A stretch of DNA of 63,998 bases, the filler included, from an uncultured Myxococcia bacterium (GTDB taxonomy: Bacteria; CAZTWC01), in assembly GCA_964617105.1 (NCBI GenBank). It is 7 parts of 7 records of this genome, joined end to end, with 100 filler letters (N's around TTAATTAATTAA, not from the genome) between each part and the next. Parts side by side here need not be neighbours in the genome. Positions count along the whole stretch, not along the records: positions 40,094 to 49,903 come from CAZTWC010000130.1; positions 50,004 to 59,587 come from CAZTWC010000132.1; 5 more parts are not named here. One strand, 5' to 3'. The notes under the pieces were generated by a model. That model saw nothing but the letters and a program-made list of their open reading frames with translations, was not told where the DNA came from and did no database searches. Made by a program: the position numbers and the translations under genes. Positions within the stretch are counted from its first letter, which is position 1. Each line of letters begins with the position of its first letter. Shown one piece after another: positions 48,379 to 58,291 of this stretch.

Positions 48379-49903
48379 TCAAATAGATGCCAGTAACTTT
48401 TTTAATTTATCCATACTCATTTTAATCACTCGGCAGCGGCCGATATCCTCTAATCCAATAAAATTAATCTGACCAGAGGACCACTTTTTATCCTGGCTGA
48501 TACCAGTTAACAAAGAGTTCATTTCAAATAGCCTCCAATTAAAGGGCAGATTGAATTTTTTTAACAAATTAATTAGTCTTTCACAGAACGGTTCTGTAAT
48601 AAGACCCATCTGTTCCGATATCTCCAATGCCGCCACCATGCCCATGGCTACAGCCTCTCCGTGGACATACGTATCGTATTTTCCCGCCGTTTCAATGGCA
48701 TGACCAATGGTATGTCCAAAATTTAAGATTGCTCTTTTTCCATTCTCCAGTTCATCTTCCTTTACCACCTGGGCTTTTAATTGGCAACATTGACGGGCAA
48801 TAAATTTTAAAGGCTCAGCCCGGCGAGCCACAATATCCTGATGGTTTTTTTCTAAATACTCAAACAAGTTTTGGTCTAAAATACAGCCATACTTAATTAC
48901 TTCGGCCAGACCAGCATAGTAATCTCTATCATCCAGGGTGGTCAGCAATCCGGGAGAGATAAATACCGCCCGGGGTTGAAAAAAGGCTCCTACCAGGTTT
49001 TTACCTTTTTCCAGGTTAACGCCGGTTTTTCCTCCTACCGAACTGTCCACCTGGGCCAGCAGAGTAGTGGGAACTTGCAGGTAGTCGAGACCCCGTAAAA
49101 AGGTGGCTGCGCAAAAACCAGCCACATCTCCCACCACGCCCCCTCCCAGGGCAATAACCAGGTCATTTCTTCTTATTTGGTTCTCAAGGAAAAAGTTATA
49201 TATTCTCTCAGCGGTTTTTAAAGTTTTACTTTTCTCTCCTGGGGGAAAAGTAAGGTGGCAGCATAATTTGGTTTTATTTATCTGTTGGAGCAGTGAGTTA
49301 CCATATAATTGGAAAACCCGTTGGTCGCTAATCAGGGCTATTTTTTTTCCCGCTTCGCCTTTTTCGCCTTTTTCGCCTTTTTCGCCTTTTTCGTACGTAT
49401 GGTCGGAAAGCCACTTGCCAATCCTGTCAAAGCAGTTGTTCATATTATAAAAGTAAATATTGTAAGAGCGATCTCCAAGATCTACAGTCAGTTTATCTTC
49501 TCGGCTCACAATCTTTTCCACCACCTGTTGAATGGAGTGTTGATCCGTATCAACTATCTGATCCGCATCATTATAGGCTGAACTTCTTTGAAGCAGCAAT
49601 TTATTAATCTTCTGATGGCGATTTTCAGTTTGCAACAGTGGCCGGTCGGTATCTCCAGCCAATCTATGAGCGATTGTATCTGCGCTAGCCTTCAGGAATA
49701 CCAACCAACAATTGTTCTTTAGGAAATTTCGGTTTTCCGCATCGATTACCGTCCCTCCGCCCAGTGCTAACACCAGGGGTTGGGAAAAATCTTCCACCAA
49801 CTCCTTTAGTACCCGCTTTTCAATTTTCCTGAAACCATTCTCTTGAAAGCGGTCAAATATTTCAGTTATGGAGCACCCTTCTCTAAGGGTGATTTGCTGG
49901 TCC
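48379..49903 (-). CDS. aroB: Fused shikimate kinase / 3-dehydroquinate synthase (AroKB, 5' partial)
   Basis: AroK part EIF...FRKIE, LGGG, RPLL; AroB part GGGVVGD, PTTLLAQVDSSVGGKTG, LNFGHTIGHAIE. Confidence 0.95.
49354..49393. repeat. In-frame 9-bp tandem repeat (GEK)n in aroB
   Basis: About 4.4 copies of ttttcgcct. Confidence 0.9.
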
Positions 49904-50003
49904 NNNNNNNNNNNNNNNNNNNNNNNNNNNNNNNNNNNNNNNNNNNNTTAATTAATTAANNNNNNNNNNNNNNNNNNNNNNNNNNNNNNNNNNNNNNNNN
50001 NNN

Positions 50004-50359
50004 CCGGTAGGCCCGGCTATGCCGGTTACTGACAACCCCAAATCCGCCCCCAACTCATCCCGGGCTCCTCCTGCCATGGCAACTGCACACTCTTTACTTA
50101 CTGCACCATATTTTTCTATCATTGACCAGGGTACTTTCAACAGCCGGTTTTTCAACTGGTTGGAGTAGGTCACCACTCCGCCCAGATAATAGACGGAACT
50201 GCCGGCAATAGCAGTTATCATCTCCCCAATCATGNNNNNNNNNNNNNNNNNNNNNNNNNNNNNNCCGGTGCAAGACTCAGCGGTCACCAGGGTTAACCTC
50301 TGATCACTGAGCAGACGCCCTACTCTTTCCGGTAAAGAATCATCGCTGACAGGGGTCAT
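50004..50359 (-). CDS. CinA C-terminal / NMN deamidase PncC-like (partial, gapped)
   Basis: TAESCT, GSS.Y..GGVVTYSN, GAVS..CA..MA, TGIAGP. Confidence 0.88.
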
Positions 50360-51852
50360 ATTTCATTACTGGAGCAAGTGGCCAACAATCCATTAAAATA
50401 GGCCTCAGCCATAAGAGGGATAGAGGTAAAATGAACCAACAGCCTATTGGGATGGTCATTAACTTCAATCACTTTGCCATACAGATCCACTGGAATGGGA
50501 TCTCCATTTTGTCCTAAAAGTTTTATCTTTAAATTGCTCATGGGCTCAACCTTTTTTTCGGTTTCTATCTCCGCTTCCCTAAGAGATAGCATAGAAATAG
50601 AACCATTAAAAAGGCGGTCATCAATATCTTTACCCAGGCACAGTGAAAATAACAACTCCACTTTGTTGGGTAATTTTTTTAAAGGCTCCCGTTGATTTTC
50701 AGAAATAAACAGGTTGTATTTTCCCCCAATTCCGCCCACATTAAAAATCGATATGGGCTGCTTAACCCCTTTGGGTTCAACTTTCATCTCTTTAGTGACC
50801 ATTAAAATGGGGCCTATTTCATCTTTAGTACTTTGGGAGATCAATATTTGCCCGCCTATAGTATAAGACTCAATCCTGGAAGCCAAATTTACATTGCTGC
50901 CCACCACACCATATTTAGCCCGCTTTTCCGAACCGATATTGCCAACCACCACCTCGCCGGTATTCAAGCCAATACCCATCTTCACTTCCGGCAAATTCTG
51001 TTCCCGGTTTTTAAGGTTAACTTTCTGCATAGCCATTTGCATCTCCACCGCACAGGCCACCGCCCGTTCAGCATCATCGTTCCCCCGGTGAGGAGCGCCG
51101 AAAATAGCCAAAATAGCATCACCTATAAACTCATCAATAGTACCGTTGTAATTTATAATGATACTGGTCATCTCCTCCAGGTAATTATTGATCACTTTGA
51201 CCACCATCTCCGGCGCCAATCGCTCTCCCAAAGAAGTGAACCCCCTCAAGTCGGCCATCATAATGGTTACTTTGCGCTTTTCACCGCCCAAATTAAGACC
51301 TTCTGGTGTTTCCAGCAGACTATTTACCACATCGTCCGAAAGATAACGTCCAAAAGTTTCTCGAATAAACCGGTTTCTAACCTCCAGCCTTTCCTGGCTC
51401 TCCTTTAACGCTTGAAAAGCCTCGTCTCTCTGAAGTAAATTGATATAACTGTTGGAATGATAACGGATCCGGGCAATAACTTCCACGGCGTCCGGTAATT
51501 TTACCATGTAGTCATTGGCCCCCAGGGCAAAAGACTCCGCTTTAATGGCCGGCTCCTCCTCGGCAGAAAGAACGATCAAGGGTACCTGGCTGGTAACCGG
51601 ATTACTACGAAAGATACGCACCATGTCCAGACCGTTTATTCCCGGCATTATCAGATCCTGAAGAATCACGGTGGGTTTCACTTGCTCCGCCATCTCCTCC
51701 GCTTTGTGTGAATCAGTGCAAAAATGGAAAGTGATATCCTGCTGGTCTTTGAGCATTTTTTTCACTGCAGCGCAAATCAGACGCGAGTCATCCACCATCA
51801 GCACGGTTATCGGATGCTGGGCCAAAGATGGCGTATCTAACTTAAATTTCAT
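50356..51852 (-). CDS. WspR-like receiver plus class III nucleotide cyclase (Cya2-like) plus PilZ-like tail
   Basis: KPTVILQDL, KLPD..E.IARIRYHS; DLRGFT, IDEFIGD, KYGVVG..VN.ASRIES. Confidence 0.9.
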   Translation of the reverse strand: MKFKLDTPSLAQHPITVLMVDDSRLICAAVKKMLKDQQDITFHFCTDSHKAEEMAEQVKPTVILQDLIMPGINGLDMVRIFRSNPVTSQVPLIVLSAEEEPAIKAESFALGANDYMVKLPDAVEVIARIRYHSNSYINLLQRDEAFQALKESQERLEVRNRFIRETFGRYLSDDVVNSLLETPEGLNLGGEKRKVTIMMADLRGFTSLGERLAPEMVVKVINNYLEEMTSIIINYNGTIDEFIGDAILAIFGAPHRGNDDAERAVACAVEMQMAMQKVNLKNREQNLPEVKMGIGLNTGEVVVGNIGSEKRAKYGVVGSNVNLASRIESYTIGGQILISQSTKDEIGPILMVTKEMKVEPKGVKQPISIFNVGGIGGKYNLFISENQREPLKKLPNKVELLFSLCLGKDIDDRLFNGSISMLSLREAEIETEKKVEPMSNLKIKLLGQNGDPIPVDLYGKVIEVNDHPNRLLVHFTSIPLMAEAYFNGLLATCSSNEI

Positions 51853-53839
51853 AACCTATTTCCAGTCCCTGCCGGATGGCATCAATAGCCTTGGCGCACC
51901 TTTGGGCATCTCCAATCACTTCCAGTCGCGGCACTTTCCCCTTTAGCAGCGACGCTAAAGGATTGTGGGATACATATCCGGTGCAGTTAATCACGGTGTT
52001 GGTTTCAAGTAATCTTTCCTCCCCACCCTTATCCTGCACTCTGACACCCTTTTTATCCACTGCCAACACCTGGGTATTCACCAGGGTTTGTATTGAAAAA
52101 CGCTTCAGGTTCTTCAAAGTTATCCAACGGGAACTTTTTCCCATATCAGGCGCCAACTTAGGTCCCATCTCCACCAGAGTTACCCGGGAATTCCCTTTTA
52201 GCATCAATTCCCTGATCACTTCGGGGGTTTCTGCCTCATACTGCATTAAAAAATAGGCGGTTTCAGGACCGATTGTGCCCACCTGGGCCATTTTCTGAGC
52301 CACCTCACACCCTACCGCTCCACCTCCTATCACCACGGTTTTATCTCCCGGGTCAAATTCCTGGGTAAGGGCGGTAAAAGAGTCCTCCACCCGGACACCT
52401 TCCTGCACCGGCACCGCCAGGGGCTGCTGCCTGGCTCCAGTAGCCAGGATAACTGCATCTGGATTTTGCTTTAAAATTGTATCCATATCTGCCGGTTGCC
52501 CCAACTTCACATCCACTCCCAGTTGATAAACCTGATTGGCTAGATTAATAATCAACCGCAACCAGTCTCTCTTACTGTATGTGGATGCCGCCACCTTCAA
52601 TTGTCCACCCAACATATTTTCGCTCTCAAACAGCACCACCTGATGACCACGCTCCGCACAGGTGATGGCGGCCTGCATTCCCGCTGGTCCGCCCCCTGCC
52701 ACAACTACTTTTTTGGCTTCGCTGGCCTTAACGGCTGAGAATTCCGCTTCCCGGCCAGCCCTGGGATTAACCAGGCAGGTAACTGGCTGCATGGAAAACA
52801 CGCTGTCCAGGCATCCCTGGTTGCAGCCAATACAGGGTTTGATAGAACTTTTTTTGCCCTGGCGGGTCTTTTCAACAAAATCGGGATCTGCGATTAAAGG
52901 CCGCCCCAGGTTCACCATATCGGCCAACCCGCGGGCCACAGCCTTTTCCGCCAGATCCGGATCATTTATTCGGTTGGAGGCCATCACCGGCAATCCACAT
53001 TTCTGGCGAATTTTGGAGGCCAGATAAAGATAAGCCCCCCTGGGCACATCCATAGTGATTTGAGGTATCATTGACTCGTGCCAACCTCCGGTAACATTAA
53101 TGGCGTTGGCTCCTGATTGGGCATAGATTTTGGCTATTTGTGCAGCCTCCTGGAGAGTGTTGCTACCCGGAACAAAATCATTGCCCGACATCCTTACTAT
53201 CAAGGGGTAGTCTTTTCCCACCGCCTCCCTGATCCCGGCTACCACCTGGGCCGGAAACCGGCAACGGTTTTGAAAACTGCCGCCATATTGGTCGTCCCTC
53301 TGGTTGGTTATTGGTGAAAGAAACTGGCAGAGCAAATATCCAGCCGAGGCTATGATCTCCACTGCATCGAAACCGATTTTTTTTACTCTTTTGGCGGCGT
53401 TAATAAAAGCCTGAATAAGTTGTTCAATTTCTTGGATGGATAGTTGATGAGGAGTTTCGTTGCTAAAAGAGCATGGCAAAGCCGAAGCGCTAACGGTTGG
53501 TTTACCAGTGAATATAGACCTGCTGTAGCGACCGGCATGGTATAGTTGGGCACAGGCGCGGGCCCCGTTATCTTTAATGGCTGCTGCCAGTTTGAAAAGT
53601 CCGGGATTGTATTTGTCGTGATGGACCTGGAGCAGCATGGGCATTCCACCGGCCTGGTCCACGGCACAGCCGCCTACGGTAATCAGGGCCAACCCGCCTG
53701 CGGCCCGCCGGGCATAAAAATCGAGAATCCGCTGGTCGATCTCTCCGTTAATGGTGTAATTGAGGTGCATAGCCGGCATGCAAACCCGGTTTTTCAGGGT
53801 CATTTTGCCAATCTTAATCGGGGCGAGTAATTTATTCAT
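51842..53839 (-). CDS. NADH:flavin oxidoreductase / 2,4-dienoyl-CoA reductase-like
   Basis: OYE barrel (QFLSP..NQRDDQYGGS), CIGCNQGC Fe-S motif, GGGPAG and GGGAVG. Confidence 0.92.
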   Translation of the reverse strand: MNKLLAPIKIGKMTLKNRVCMPAMHLNYTINGEIDQRILDFYARRAAGGLALITVGGCAVDQAGGMPMLLQVHHDKYNPGLFKLAAAIKDNGARACAQLYHAGRYSRSIFTGKPTVSASALPCSFSNETPHQLSIQEIEQLIQAFINAAKRVKKIGFDAVEIIASAGYLLCQFLSPITNQRDDQYGGSFQNRCRFPAQVVAGIREAVGKDYPLIVRMSGNDFVPGSNTLQEAAQIAKIYAQSGANAINVTGGWHESMIPQITMDVPRGAYLYLASKIRQKCGLPVMASNRINDPDLAEKAVARGLADMVNLGRPLIADPDFVEKTRQGKKSSIKPCIGCNQGCLDSVFSMQPVTCLVNPRAGREAEFSAVKASEAKKVVVAGGGPAGMQAAITCAERGHQVVLFESENMLGGQLKVAASTYSKRDWLRLIINLANQVYQLGVDVKLGQPADMDTILKQNPDAVILATGARQQPLAVPVQEGVRVEDSFTALTQEFDPGDKTVVIGGGAVGCEVAQKMAQVGTIGPETAYFLMQYEAETPEVIRELMLKGNSRVTLVEMGPKLAPDMGKSSRWITLKNLKRFSIQTLVNTQVLAVDKKGVRVQDKGGEERLLETNTVINCTGYVSHNPLASLLKGKVPRLEVIGDAQRCAKAIDAIRQGLEIGYEI

Positions 53840-54130
53840 GTTTTTAATTATTGCAAGTAGTGCTCAACACAGCATTAAAATACTGAAAATCAAATCCCGT
53901 ATTTGAGAAACAAGTATTTTATCATTAAATAGTCGGTTAAATTTATTATAATTTGCCAAGAATTGCAAACGGTTATTTCAAGCATCCATAAATATAATAC
54001 TTGAAAAAAGTAATGATAAGAACTATTATATTCACTTTTTATAAATATTTTAACAGAATTAACAAGATTTACCCAAGATGACCCAAGATTGATCCAGTTT
54101 ATCCTGTTATTTTAATTGAGGCGCATGATT

Positions 54131-55420
54131 ATGAAACCAACAGAAAATATTAAATCCATAATTCAAAACACTTCTTTATTGAAGCGCTTTCTGGAGTATG
54201 TCCAGGTTGACACCCCATCTTCCCATAACAGTGACCAATTTCCATCAACTCCTCAACAAAAAATACTAGGTGAAATATTGGCCTCCCATTTGAAGGAATT
54301 GGGTCTTAAGCAGGTTAACATGGATGAAAATGGATATGTGTATGGATTTTTACCGGGCACCTCTTCTTCAGCCCCAAAAATAGGATTGATCGCTCACATG
54401 GATGTTTCACCAGAAGTTAAGGGGGAGGGAGTAAAACCTCTAATCCACAAAAACTATGACGGTAAGCCCCTTAATCTTCCGGCCGGTATAGAGATCTCTT
54501 CACAGGAGTTTCCGGTTCTAAAAAACTGTTTGGGACATACTATTATCACTTCCGATGGCAGTACCTTGCTGGGAGCTGATGACAAAGCCGGTATAGCAGA
54601 GATTATGACAGTTCTAGAAATTCTAAAAGAATCGGGCGTATCCAATTCTATGTGGTTAGAAGTGCCTGAAAATCGTCCGGATATTTATATCTGCTTTACC
54701 CCGGATGAAGAGATCGGCCGGGGTGTAAACAAAATCAATTTAGAGCAAATAAAAGCAGACTTTGCCTATACCTTAGACGGTGGCGTTCCCTATGAAGTTA
54801 ATAGCGAAACCTTCAATGCCTTTTCAGCTAAAGTATCCTTTACCGGAATCAATACCCATCCCGGCACAGCCAAAGGTATAATGGTTAACGCTCTTCGCCA
54901 TGCAGCCCGTTTTGTAGAGATGATTCCTCAAAAAATGTCGCCAGAGCAGACTGAAGAGAAAGAGCCCTATATCCATCCCGACCGGATAAGTGGAAAGGTG
55001 GAAAAAGCCTCGGTGGAATTTCTCCTGCGAGGATTTGACTTCGCTGATATTGAATATCAAAAAAACCTATTACAGAGCACCGCCAATTACCTGATGGCTC
55101 TGGAACCACGGTTGAAAATAGATGTTAAAATTGAAGAATCCTACCGCAATATGAAAGAGAAATTGGATCAGTACCCTGCTGCTTTCCAGGCCATAATAAA
55201 AACCGGTAAAAAACTTGATGTCCCCCTGGAGATCAAACCTATCAGAGGCGGTACCGATGGAGCCCGTCTGAGTTTTATGGGGCTCCCTACTCCAAATATC
55301 TTTACCGGCGGGTGTAATTTTCACTCTAAACAAGAGTTTATTTCCCTGAATAATATGGCCCTAACCGTTTCCTTTATCCTCCATCTTTTACAAGTGGTGG
55401 CGGAGGAGAATCGGCAATGA
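54131..55420 (+). CDS. pepT: Peptidase T (M20)
   Basis: AHMD, LLGADDKAG, FTPDEEIG, HPG.AK, IRGGTDG. Confidence 0.95.
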   Translation: MKPTENIKSIIQNTSLLKRFLEYVQVDTPSSHNSDQFPSTPQQKILGEILASHLKELGLKQVNMDENGYVYGFLPGTSSSAPKIGLIAHMDVSPEVKGEGVKPLIHKNYDGKPLNLPAGIEISSQEFPVLKNCLGHTIITSDGSTLLGADDKAGIAEIMTVLEILKESGVSNSMWLEVPENRPDIYICFTPDEEIGRGVNKINLEQIKADFAYTLDGGVPYEVNSETFNAFSAKVSFTGINTHPGTAKGIMVNALRHAARFVEMIPQKMSPEQTEEKEPYIHPDRISGKVEKASVEFLLRGFDFADIEYQKNLLQSTANYLMALEPRLKIDVKIEESYRNMKEKLDQYPAAFQAIIKTGKKLDVPLEIKPIRGGTDGARLSFMGLPTPNIFTGGCNFHSKQEFISLNNMALTVSFILHLLQVVAEENRQ

Positions 55421-55890
55421 AAGTAGGTACTATAATGTACAAATCGCTTAAATTCTGTATCTGCCCAACCATATTATCTATTTTCCTTTTAAGTCTGATG
55501 GTTATCTCCTGCGGAGAAGATGCATCATTATCAGATGTTTCCGATACGGATGGCGGTCAGGGAAATGACCAGCAGCAGGATGGCGGTCAGGGAAATGACC
55601 AGCAGCAGGATGGCGGTCTGGAAAATGACCAGCAGCAGGATGGCGGTCTGGAAAATGACCAGCCTACAGATACTGACAGCCATAAAAGCCAACAAAAAAT
55701 TTGCTGTCAGCAGTGCCTGGAAGGATTGAACACTGATCCATCCGGCAAAGGACCAGATGCGATTACTTGCATAAACTACAGGGATAAACTATCTTGGGAC
55801 GGCAATCCCCTTTTTACCGAAGAGTGCCTGCTTTTTTTCAATAAAAACTCTCAGGTAACCGCTGGCCAATGTATGCTGGAATCTCCATGA
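55417..55890 (+). CDS. Lipoprotein with repeat stalk and small Cys-rich domain
   Basis: Lipobox VISC; (DGGQGNDQQQ)-type repeat x4; CCQQC...C...C...C. Confidence 0.7.
   Translation: MKVGTIMYKSLKFCICPTILSIFLLSLMVISCGEDASLSDVSDTDGGQGNDQQQDGGQGNDQQQDGGLENDQQQDGGLENDQPTDTDSHKSQQKICCQQCLEGLNTDPSGKGPDAITCINYRDKLSWDGNPLFTEECLLFFNKNSQVTAGQCMLESP
55548..55663. repeat. 30-bp in-frame tandem repeat, about 4 copies
   Basis: ggatggcggtc(a/t)gg(g/a)aaatgaccagcagca repeated with no spacers. Confidence 0.92.
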
Positions 55891-55970
55891 AAAAGTGATA
55901 TCGCAAACTCGATAATAAAATGCCGGTAACACTTTTCATTCTTAATTTTTACAGTTTATTCATTTTTCCC

Positions 55971-55999
55971 TTGTCAGTTTCCAAATATTTTTATATAAT
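55971..55999 (+). promoter_or_regulatory. sigma70 promoter
   Basis: TTGTCA-N17-TATAAT. Confidence 0.7.
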
Positions 56000-56029
56000 T
56001 ATTGTAAATAGTTTCGATTTTTATTCAAC

Positions 56030-57550
56030 ATGGGGGGCACGGGAATGAGTATTGCCGATAAAGAAAAAAAACTACATATACTCCTACAAGAACTGTCATC
56101 AGAAGATGAGTCAGTTCGCTTCCGGGCGGCAGAGATGCTAGGATGGATGGGAAGTATAGCGGTGCAACCCCTGCTAAAACTACTGGAAGGCCAGGACAGT
56201 GATGTAGGATGGTGGGTGGCATTGGCCCTGACTGAAATTGGTAAAACAGCGGTGGAAGATCTGGTAATGGCTCTGGATAGTGATGACTGGTATATTCAGG
56301 AAACAGTGGCGGAGATATTGGGTAAAATTGGTGACAGCCAGGCCGTTACCCCTCTTATCAAGTGCCTGGATAATAAACAATGGCATTTACGAATGAATGC
56401 CGTGACTGCCCTGGGGGCTATTGGTGATCAAAGGGCACTGGCGCCCCTAACCAGAAAACTGGTGGATGATGACGAAGATGTCAGGGTTGCCACGGCAAAA
56501 TCTCTGGGCCAATTAAACCATATTGCCGCTGAAGGCCCATTGATAAAAACCCTGGAAGATGAGAGTAAAAACGTCCGGGAGGCAGCCATTGAATCTCTGG
56601 GTAAAATCGGCAGTAAACAGGCGTTAGCACCTTTAATGGAAACCCTCAAAAACGATGACTGGCAGGTACAGGATTGTGCGGCCCGGGCGCTCTCCAGCCT
56701 GGGAGAACACGCCGTAACATTACTGGTCAAGTTGCTGGATGACAGCCGTTGGCAAATACGAAAAATGGGAGCCTGGATACTGGGAGAAATCGGTGATCAG
56801 AGAGCGGTTGAGCAACTAGTCTGCCTTTTGGAAGATGAAAATAATGATGTCAGAGATGTCACCGCCGAAGCCCTGGGAAAACTCGGTAGCCCCAGGGCCG
56901 TGGGCCCTTTGATTACTGCCCTGGATGACTGGGATTCTTATGTGCGTTTCAGAGCAGCGGAATCTCTGGGTAAAATTGGTGATGAGAGAGGGGTGGAGCC
57001 TTTGATTAAAGCCATGGATGACATGGATGAAGATGTACGCTCCAAAGCGGTATGGGCACTGGGAGAACTCGGTTTCGGCTCTGCTCTGGATCCAATAATC
57101 GAAGCTCTCGGAGATGAGGACAAATGGGTTAGACAATACGCTGAGGAGGCTCTTTGCAGATTGGGCAATTGCACCCAGGATACCCTGATAAAAATACTGG
57201 CAGATGATAATCAATTTCGGCGCACTTCCGCCATAAATGTGCTGGTGGAGTTGGGGCCATCTATTATTGAAGCGGTAATAGCGTCCCTGGGAAGCACCAA
57301 CCACCTGGTGCGGGAAAGTGGAGAAACAGTGTTGAGCAGCCTGGGAATGTCGGCCATAGAACCTTTGATTGATATCCTGAATGACCATAATAATCTCCGC
57401 TGTATCAGTGCCAGTAATATACTAATAAAAATAGGCCCCCTGGCGATAGAATCCCTGGTGGATGCGCTTAAAACCAAAAATAAAAATATACGGATAAAAG
57501 CCGCAGAAATATTAGAAAAAATCGAACAACAGGATATTTATACACTATGA
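56030..57550 (+). CDS. HEAT/PBS-lyase repeat protein
   Basis: About 15 repeats of VR..AA.ALG.IGD..AV.PLI..L.D. Confidence 0.93.
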   Translation: MGGTGMSIADKEKKLHILLQELSSEDESVRFRAAEMLGWMGSIAVQPLLKLLEGQDSDVGWWVALALTEIGKTAVEDLVMALDSDDWYIQETVAEILGKIGDSQAVTPLIKCLDNKQWHLRMNAVTALGAIGDQRALAPLTRKLVDDDEDVRVATAKSLGQLNHIAAEGPLIKTLEDESKNVREAAIESLGKIGSKQALAPLMETLKNDDWQVQDCAARALSSLGEHAVTLLVKLLDDSRWQIRKMGAWILGEIGDQRAVEQLVCLLEDENNDVRDVTAEALGKLGSPRAVGPLITALDDWDSYVRFRAAESLGKIGDERGVEPLIKAMDDMDEDVRSKAVWALGELGFGSALDPIIEALGDEDKWVRQYAEEALCRLGNCTQDTLIKILADDNQFRRTSAINVLVELGPSIIEAVIASLGSTNHLVRESGETVLSSLGMSAIEPLIDILNDHNNLRCISASNILIKIGPLAIESLVDALKTKNKNIRIKAAEILEKIEQQDIYTL

Positions 57551-58272
57551 AACCGTCAAAAAATAATCAAATACTATTTAAAGATGGCTTCTGCCAGTTT
57601 GTATCCTCCTTTTCTCACCAGGCCCGCAATTCCATCTCCTTAATATTATCCAGCACCGGCATACTACGTCTCTATCGAGAAAAAATGGATAACCAAAATA
57701 TCGATAAGCACCTGTTGAGTATTGAATCGCAAATCCTCCGGCTTAACAATACCCTGGAAGATGTTTCCTATCTGGCTAAATTCCAGGATGGCCTCTTATC
57801 CAATAACCCCAATCCTATAAATCCCATAAATTTCTGCAGAAAACAGGTTGAACACGTAGATTCGTTGGTAAAAGCCATCAATTGCCCGGTTAACCTCTAC
57901 TGGGATGATTATAATACTTGGACAGAGATAAATTTGGACACCAAACATCTGACCTTAATCGTTACCCGCCTGTTATCCAACTGTCTTATCTGTTCGCCGG
58001 AAAATACCAGTGTGACTTTTACCCTTTCTTGCCCGAAAAACCATTTGCATTTGATATTTCAAGACCAGGGCATTGGAATTCCCAGCCAGGAGATAGGCAA
58101 TATTTTTCAACCTTTTTACCGCACCAGCCTCAGCAAAGAAATAAACGGCACCGGCCTGGGGCTCACTGTAGTGGAAAAGGCTGTCCAACTTTGCGGCGGC
58201 ACTATCGAGATAGAAAGTGAGGTTGGCCAGGGCACCAATTGTCGGGTAAAATTGCCATTTACCCGGCATTAA
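57547..58272 (+). CDS. Sensor-less histidine kinase (HisKA + HATPase)
   Basis: SHQARN H-box, LLSN, DQGIGI, IFQPFYR, GTGLGL. Confidence 0.85.
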   Translation: MKPSKNNQILFKDGFCQFVSSFSHQARNSISLILSSTGILRLYREKMDNQNIDKHLLSIESQILRLNNTLEDVSYLAKFQDGLLSNNPNPINPINFCRKQVEHVDSLVKAINCPVNLYWDDYNTWTEINLDTKHLTLIVTRLLSNCLICSPENTSVTFTLSCPKNHLHLIFQDQGIGIPSQEIGNIFQPFYRTSLSKEINGTGLGLTVVEKAVQLCGGTIEIESEVGQGTNCRVKLPFTRH

Positions 58273-58291
58273 AATGCCGGGAGTTAAATCA

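Noticed and set aside
55548-55663. 30-bp palindromic repeats as a CRISPR array
   Set aside because: The units are contiguous with no spacers, lie in frame within a lipoprotein gene, and no cas genes are present.
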